Shown here: positions 55,359-64,000 of the stretch, one piece after another
Layout of the letters: each line of letters begins with the position of its first letter
Numbering within the stretch: position 1 is the first letter of the stretch
Source of the DNA: the human T2T-CHM13v2.0 reference genome, Homo sapiens
Assembly (NCBI RefSeq): GCF_009914755.1
Contig: NC_060938.1
DNA length: 64,000 bases
Direction: 5' to 3' (one strand)
The notes under the pieces: model-generated
The model's database searches: none
Told to the model about the DNA's origin: nothing
What the model saw: the letters and a program-made list of their open reading frames with translations, nothing else
Translations under genes and position numbers: made by a program

Positions 55359-57043
55359 TTATAAAAGGCTTGTTTACAGCGACATCCACATTTTTGGAAC
55401 CATGAAATCATACCCTCAGGGATAACTACCAAAGCTGTGCTGTTTCTTTGCACTCTCACCTTTCCTTTAGAAAAGAAACAATTTTGTCAGCGGAATTCTA
55501 TGTCTTCAAAATTAGCCTTAACTGTGGTTGTTTTAGGCTGTACTTTCCCCAGTGTTTTTGTTTTACTTAAAACTCAGTTGGAAAAACATACTGTAGTATT
55601 ACAGACATAAAAGTTCTCAGATATAATGGAATCTCTTTATTGAGAATTATTTTTGGCTAAATGTAAGGATGTTTGCCTTATATTTGAGTACTATTAAGTT
55701 CTCATGTATAATGAGATCTCCCCTTATTGAGAGGTATTTTTGGCTGAATATAAGGCTATTTGCCTAAATTTGGGTACTTTTTAGTATGTAATCAATTTAT
55801 AATTCATATAGATGAAGAGCTAAACAGTTAACTTTAATTCAGCATATGTATTTACTAGACTTACTATATCCAGTAGATGCATTTAACAAACTTAATACAT
55901 CAAACTTGATAATTGTGATTAAACTGACAACCAGGTATTTGTACATTTCCATTTCTGTTTTAAAAATATTGCCATGTTTGTTTGTTTTTTTTTTTCTTTT
56001 TTTTTTTTCTGAGGCAGGGTCTTACTTTACCCAGGCTAGAGGCAGTGTTGCAATCACAGTTCACTGTAGCCTCAACCTCCTGGGCTCAAGGGATCCTCCT
56101 ACCTCAGCCCCCCCAAGTAGGTGGGACTACAGGCGCTTGTCACCATGCCTGGCTAATTTTTAATTTTTTTTGTAGAGATGGAGTCTCACTATGTTGTCCA
56201 GGCTGATCTCGAAGACAGCCTCAAGCAGTCTTCCTGCCTTGGCTCCCAAAGTGCTGGGACTACCGGCGGGAGCCACTACCCCCAGCCTATATTGCCATGT
56301 TTTAAAATTATCTAATTAAAATACCTATGATACGAAATAATATAGTTTGGACTTTTGGAGGGACATTGTCGTGTTCATAGATAATGAAAGGATCCTGGCT
56401 TTAAGGAAAATTAGGTTTTTGTTTTGCTGTTTTGAGTCAGGGTTTTACTCCTGTCACCCAGGCTGGAGTGCGGTGGCATGGTTTTGACTTACCGCAACCT
56501 CCGCCTTCCAGGCTCAAATGATTTTTCTGCCTCAGCCTCCCACAGGTGCATGGGAGGTCCATAGCTGAGACCACAGGTGTGTGCCACTACACCTGGCTAA
56601 TTTTTTTGTAGTTTTTGTTTTTGAGACGGAGTGTTGCTCTGTCACCCAGGCTGTAGTGCAGTGGTGCGGTCTCGGCTCACTGCAGTTCTGCCTCCTGGGT
56701 TCACACCATTCTCCTGCCTCAGCCTCCCCAGTAACTGGGACTACAGGTGCCCACCACCATGCCCGGCTAATTTTTTTGTATTTTTAATAGAGACGGGGTT
56801 CACCGTGTTAGCCAGGATGGTCTCGATCTCCTGACCTCGTGATCCGCCTGCCCAGGCCTCCCAAAGTGCTGGGATTACAGGTGCGAGCCACTGTGCCAGA
56901 CCTGTATTTTTTTTATAGAGACAGGGTTTCGCCATGTTGCCCAGGCTGGTCTTGCTCAAGTGTTCCACCTGCCTCAGCCTCCCAGAGTGCTGGGATTTTT
57001 TGTTTGTTTGTTTTTTCATAGAAATGCCTTAAAAGTAGTTTGA

Positions 57044-57295
<252 letters not shown>

Positions 57296-57305
57296 TAGTG
57301 AGTTA

Positions 57306-57330
57306 AATAAAATGAACTTTGCCTAATAAA
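57306..57330 (+). terminator. Intronic poly(A) signals, PAPOLA intron 7
   Basis: AATAAA at 57306 and 57325 directly after the in-frame TAG (57296); upstream TGTA at 57214 and 57259. Confidence 0.7.
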
Positions 57331-57886
57331 CTACAGAAGAGTATGTAGTAGTTTATTTCACTCTACAGTATTTTATACACTGTATTTCTTCTGTCATTAA
57401 TGGTATACTCAGGACACTTAAAAAGACCATCTGACTTTTGTACTCTGTTGCTAGTGATTTAGGTTTCATGGCCTAACCCAAATTAATTTTGATCCTGTTA
57501 TTCTTTAGTAATGCTTTCAGCATTGCTGAGATCAGAAGGACTACTTTGGTACAATTTTATATTAGCATAGCTTGTTACTGTGCTCTTGAAGAGCAGTTCT
57601 TGGAAACTTTAGTGGATTAAGTCTTCCGCAGTATATGTGGGAAGTTTTAATTGTGAATCTGAAGTTCAAATTGGGGCAGGTTACAGTTTACTTTGGTTTC
57701 TTTGGTCAGTGCTTACAATAGGAGATAAATGCTTTAGATTTTTTCCCCCTCTTTATTGAATTAGCTTTACTGGTTCTACCAAATAAAAATTTATGTTTAC
57801 TTTTAACTTCAATCTCAGAAAATTTGGAAGCATTACCATTAAACTTTTGATGATTTAATGTTGTTTTTTTTTGTTTTGTTTTGTTT

Positions 57887-57917
57887 TGTGTGTGTGTGTG
57901 TGTGTGTGTTTTTTTTT
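57887..57917 (+). repeat. (TG)11 T9 tract at the PAPOLA exon 8 acceptor
   Basis: Counted directly; ends 15 nt before exon 8. Confidence 0.9.
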
Positions 57918-57928
57918 ACCCCTATTAA

Positions 57929-58051
<123 letters not shown>

Positions 58052-58054
58052 TAA

Positions 58055-58279
<225 letters not shown>

Positions 58280-59132
58280 ATTGATTGTAGACACTGAAGT
58301 TTAGTCTTATTTCTATGACATTTCTCAGCTTGGTTTCAGATTCAAATTTTAGTTCATGATGTAGTCATGTAGGCAGCCTTGGAGATCACATTGTGTATAA
58401 AATGGCAAACTGAAACTATTTTTTTTCCCTAGTTTGGCCAGGATAGTAAGGCAGATTCTATTTGTACTTCCTTGCATAAACTTACCCTCTGAATAAACTC
58501 TGAATTTTAGCAGCTAAGATCCAATTTATTGATAGGTTGGGAAATCAGTTACTATACTTTTGGATAAAACTTGTACACACTACCTCTTTCACTCTTTTAA
58601 TTCTCTATCTATAGGCCATTAGTTTCTTGTGATTGTTTTTTTTTTCTTTTTGCTTTCAGCATTTATTTGGCCTAATATTAAAGATACGAATTTTCATAAG
58701 AAGCTTTTAAAGAATAAATTAACATTAAGTGCTTCGGGACAAAAAAGGAATTTGAGATTAGTCATTAACCCAGATTTTTTTAAGTTTCTTCGTTTCATTT
58801 CCACATATGTCAACTATGATTTAAGAAAAAGTAGAATAAAAGATTACTGCCATTTTATATTAATTGCCTTGGCCCAAAAGGTGAGGGTTCTTGGTTTTTA
58901 ATCAAATTAAGATAAATCGTCCATTCCTGTTCTTATGAACTCCTGCTCCTCCCTCTGCAAAAGAGATGTTCTTTTCTAGTAATTTTATAAAAATTAGTTA
59001 TTTGAGACAATTTAGAGCTGTGTTCAACTGGAGGAAAAATAAAAAAAATTTAGAACCATGCCACACTTTTCAGTACACATTCTGGCTGTTTTGGGATTTA
59101 GTAGCACTTATAATCAGGTGTGATAAGATTAA

Positions 59133-59360
<228 letters not shown>

Positions 59361-60051
59361 TAGCCAGGATGGTCTCGATCTCCTGACCTCATAATCCGCC
59401 CGCCTCGGCCTCCCATAGTGCTGGGATTACAGGCGTGAGCCACCGCGTCCGGCTGTCAGAATTTCTTTTAATGCTACACATATATAAGCAAATAATGTTT
59501 TTAAGAAGCTAACCTTGATGTTAAGAGTGGCAGGTGTTCTCCAGTTTTTACCTCTTTCATATGGGACCAAAGTAGCTAGTTTATGGAACACATATGAAAA
59601 TGTGGTTATGCCACCAAGTTTTACTACTACACTTGTCTTACCACTTTTAAGTCATGAATTCTATAATTATTCATACCCCTTTGCCTGTGATCAGAAGTAA
59701 CTTTTAAAATTATCACTTGACTTTGGATGGAACTAGTATAAAGGCAGGAATTTTGTCTTTCAGTGGAGATTTATTCTGTTCAAGGTTGAAGTGGACACAT
59801 CATTATCTTGGGATGGTACTTCTTTATTTAAATAGTCCTTTAAAGTTCTTTGAGTGGCAGAGAACGTTTTTGGTTTCAGTCTGAGAAGGCTACCAAATGG
59901 TTTAAGTTCATTTCATAGTTAGGAGAAAAAGATTTTGAGTAGTCTAATGTCGTCAGAAAGGATTAAAACGTTGTATGTACCAAGAAGGCAGAATGAAGAA
60001 GGATCACGTTCACAAATGCTGTATGTTTAACAAAATACGTTTAGATGGTAA

Positions 60052-60207
<156 letters not shown>

Positions 60208-61480
60208 TAACAAGTAAAAATCATCTGCATAAACTCCAGGGAGACTTCCAGCCTTTTACTTATGAATGGTCATGTCCGTATTACACTTTCTTTTAGATAA
60301 CCTCAACTATAATTGTCCTCAACTATAATTGATGTGAGAAGCATAATTATGTACCCTGTAAACCACATTTAATTGTACATAGTTTTTAATACAGATTTTA
60401 CTAACATTTTAATTTATTCTATATAGAACTACCTTGTAAGTCAAAGTTGTGTGGGCATTTGTGCTTTAAAAAAAATAAAAGGATACTAAAAATCCCTGTA
60501 TTTTTTATTTTATCTAAGTATTATGCTAAAGTTGGGTTGTTATAGGAAAGCTGTTACTTAATGTTTACATGTGGCATATAACTTCTAAGCATTTTCACTT
60601 TAATTACCATGATGTAATTGTAAAAAAAATTGGTTTAGATATTTTAGAGATTATAAAAACATGGTTGGGCTAAAGAAGACCTTCCATTCTGTTTCTTGGG
60701 AAGTTACAACATTTACCGCTTACTCATTTTAAATGTTAACAACATGCACTTTATAAACTGATAAAAGAAATTTAGGTTTGAATAAGATTTCCTAAGTTTA
60801 TGAAATCCTTTTTTTCTAAATTATTACAATATCAAAAATTTTAAATTCTGTTGAATTACATCAAGCTATGCATTTTCAGGTTTTCCGAACCTCAAGGCAT
60901 TTACTTTTAGAGGATGTGAATTTACAACTTACTTTGTGGAAATGTGCCACTTACTGATATACAGATTTAAAATTAACAGTATATCATTTCATTATCTCCT
61001 AACATATCAACATGGATAATGTAGTTTCACCGCGTGTTAATAAGCTTGAACTCCTTAATAGTTTCAGGGTATATTAAGAACTTAAGTTTCTATCTTGTTG
61101 AAAATTAGCTTACAAAACATTGTAGCATGACATGTCTCTAAAGGTAATTGTATGTGCATCCCCATTTCTGTTGTTGAATAAAGAAAAACTAAACATCAAT
61201 AGATTCCCAAGCAGAACTTTTTTGTTGTTGTTCAGCAGGCACACTTTCTAGTAAGGTTGCCAAAATCCAAATTGAAGCAGATCATTAGTTTAGATGAAAT
61301 CTTTGATTCTATAAAAAATTCCTATAAAAACAATGTCTCTCTACATGGTTTTTCTTTCTCAACTCCAGCTATGAATGAAATAAAAAATAGAATCATTGGT
61401 TCAGTTTAACAAGGGGTAAAAAGCCCAAGTATCTGTTGCATATGTACTTGAAGAAACTGATTGGCTGTTGTTGTATGTAG

Positions 61481-61681
<201 letters not shown>

Positions 61682-62561
61682 TAAATTGAAGAAGGATTCA
61701 CTGAAGTGGATTTTGGTGTTCATTTATTTATTACAGTATATATTTGAGAACTGACTTCAAAAAATTAATTCCTTTTAGGCAATTTGTTTTTTATAACAAG
61801 TTGGAAGATTAACCAACAGTTAAAACCAGTAAGCTGGTTTAGTTGCATACTATTGCCTTGTAAAATTATAAATGATAACAGTTTGTCTACACTGGTTGAA
61901 ATGAGAGATGTTTAGCAGGCTGTATACTCCTGGGAAAGAACTTTGAGCAGGAATGGGGCCAAACCACCCAATTACATTCCATTATTTTGGAGGAACCTTT
62001 TAACTTTTGAACCCTAGTTGTACTGTTAATTTGAAGGTATAGCTACTACCAAATAGTCTTTGAGAGAAATAACTGGAACAGATTGGTTTGACTGAAAACA
62101 GTAAAGGAAATAGAATCAGTTGTCTGACTACTAGCTTTAAATTTAGACGTTTAAAATTCCTGAATATTTTACACTTTAGTTTCATCTTTAGTCTAAAGAG
62201 GCCCATCAAGGGAAGATGCCTCTATCCCTTTAGAAACAACAGGGAAACTTGGTTTTAGAAAGGCAAGAAACAAAGTATATTGGAAAGTTTTCCTTCTCGG
62301 GTAACTGGAGTGTTTAAGAAAGAAGGTCATTCTATGAGCATGGCATTTTAGAATAATTGTACTTTACCAGAAACCTGGTTCTCAAAAAATCTTCCAGCTT
62401 TTTAAAAAAAAAATGTGTATATATATAAGAGTATGCTCTAAAATCATAAGCTAAAACTATATATGTTAAAATTCTGGTTTTAGGATTATAGTGAGTGCAT
62501 GTAGTATGATTAAGATTATTTAAAATTCTAGATTGTAGACTGAAGTATGCAAACATTTTAA

Positions 62562-62672
<111 letters not shown>

Positions 62673-64000
62673 TAAGGCATGTCGGACATGTTGCTCTCTT
62701 AAGTAATGGTTTAATGGTAGCACATTATGACATTTCTTCTTGCTGGACTAATGTTATTGGAAGAATTTTCTTTCCTGTCACAAGGACATACTGTTTTAGT
62801 GAACTCCTTAGTTTTTTTTGGTTGAGGTAATGAATGTGAAGCCCCTTTGATTTTTCTGCCCGATCTAACTGAACTCCTGCTACATTTGTAGCAACATAAG
62901 TTCTGTAGGCATACATCAGTCATGACAAAAACAGTACATCTGTATACAGTGGCAAGTGGATGCACCCTGAAAAATCTGTAGTTAATAATTCTCTGCTAAG
63001 AAACAGTATTTTTATCTAATTCTGGAAACTCATTAATTGCTAGGAATCTTTAAAACAAAGACAAAGCTAATAAAATGTCAATATATAGCCAATTAAATGT
63101 TTTCAATAGTTACAGCACATTATTGGCCTGCCATTTTCCCCCAATGTTATAGCCCCTTCAAATATTTCTACAGCTAGCTTTCATGAATCTAAGTGGGTGT
63201 TAATCATTTTAATTAATGGTTTAAATATAATGGTTTAATACCTTAGTACAGGTTAAAAGCTTCATTAATTGTGTTAGTTTTGATGAAAAATGTAAGTTAT
63301 AATCTTATTTAAAAAACAGACAAACCACAGACTTGCACTTTTATTTGCCCTGGGCTGAAAATGTGCCAAAGTCCCACTTAAAATTTTTTTTTTAATGCTT
63401 GAAGCTTTTCTGACCATTTGATCTTGTGTTGGATTGTGTTTTGTAATAATCTAAGCAAGATTGCTTTATGCTCTTCCCCAATTAAAAACAAGAATGATGA
63501 CCTTCATGATGTCTCTGTGTTTTGTTTCTGTATCTTTTGCATGAGAAAGCAATAACGGAGCCAGTAATTGTGTTCTCGAAGCACTACGTTGTCAGTAAAA
63601 ATTAAAATAGCATAATCATTAAATACTCTTATTTTACTACGAATCCCCCCATAAATTGTGATTTCTGTTTGACAGATAATTTTTCTTTGTTTTTATTTTA
63701 ACCAGTGTAGAGGAAGTACCTTGGAACATTTAAACTAATAAACATGTATGTAGATACTTTTAAAACTATGATATAAAAGAGACACAGTTACATGTAAGGA
63801 GAAGAATAAAGGAATTGGTTTTACAGGAAAGTGCTAGTACCCCTTAATTCCTGGAATCAATGATGAAACTAGATTCAAACTTTGTTCTATTCACTTTCGT
63901 ATAGGACTGTGACGGGGCTTCTTTCACTTTAAGAAAGATTAATGTTTACACTGAACAAACCTTAATAATGTCATTTTATTTGAACAAATTCACATCATTA

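Overview
Primate DNA, almost certainly human (chr14q32 from recall of gene order). It is Alu-dense and contains no prokaryotic-type system. Two + strand genes lie in tandem. The first is the last four coding exons and 3' UTR of AK7 (adenylate kinase 7; 4069-13947, ending in the Dpy-30 motif and ...AEYLFKNNPEAQ*). The second is the CpG-island promoter and coding exons 1-12 of PAPOLA (poly(A) polymerase alpha; ATG 28196, codons 1-371, gene continues past the window). All exon boundaries were read by hand and are GT-AG with consistent phases. The intergenic gap holds a full-length Tigger1 nested in an old L1. Most notable observations: (1) a 69-bp, 65/69-identical inverted copy of the branch point/polypyrimidine region of the last AK7 intron, inserted between 22-bp direct repeats in the preceding intron and able to pair across the Dpy-30 exon; (2) a ladder of stop + poly(A)-signal cassettes in PAPOLA introns 7, 8, 9, 10 and 12; (3) a CFTR-like (TG)11T9 tract at the intron 7 acceptor; (4) two PAPOLA uORFs and two AG|GT recursive-splice-like sites; (5) three Alus of the 12-bp-deletion (Yd/Yc) lineage. 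Repeat subfamily names are from memory of consensus sequences and repeat boundaries are approximate.
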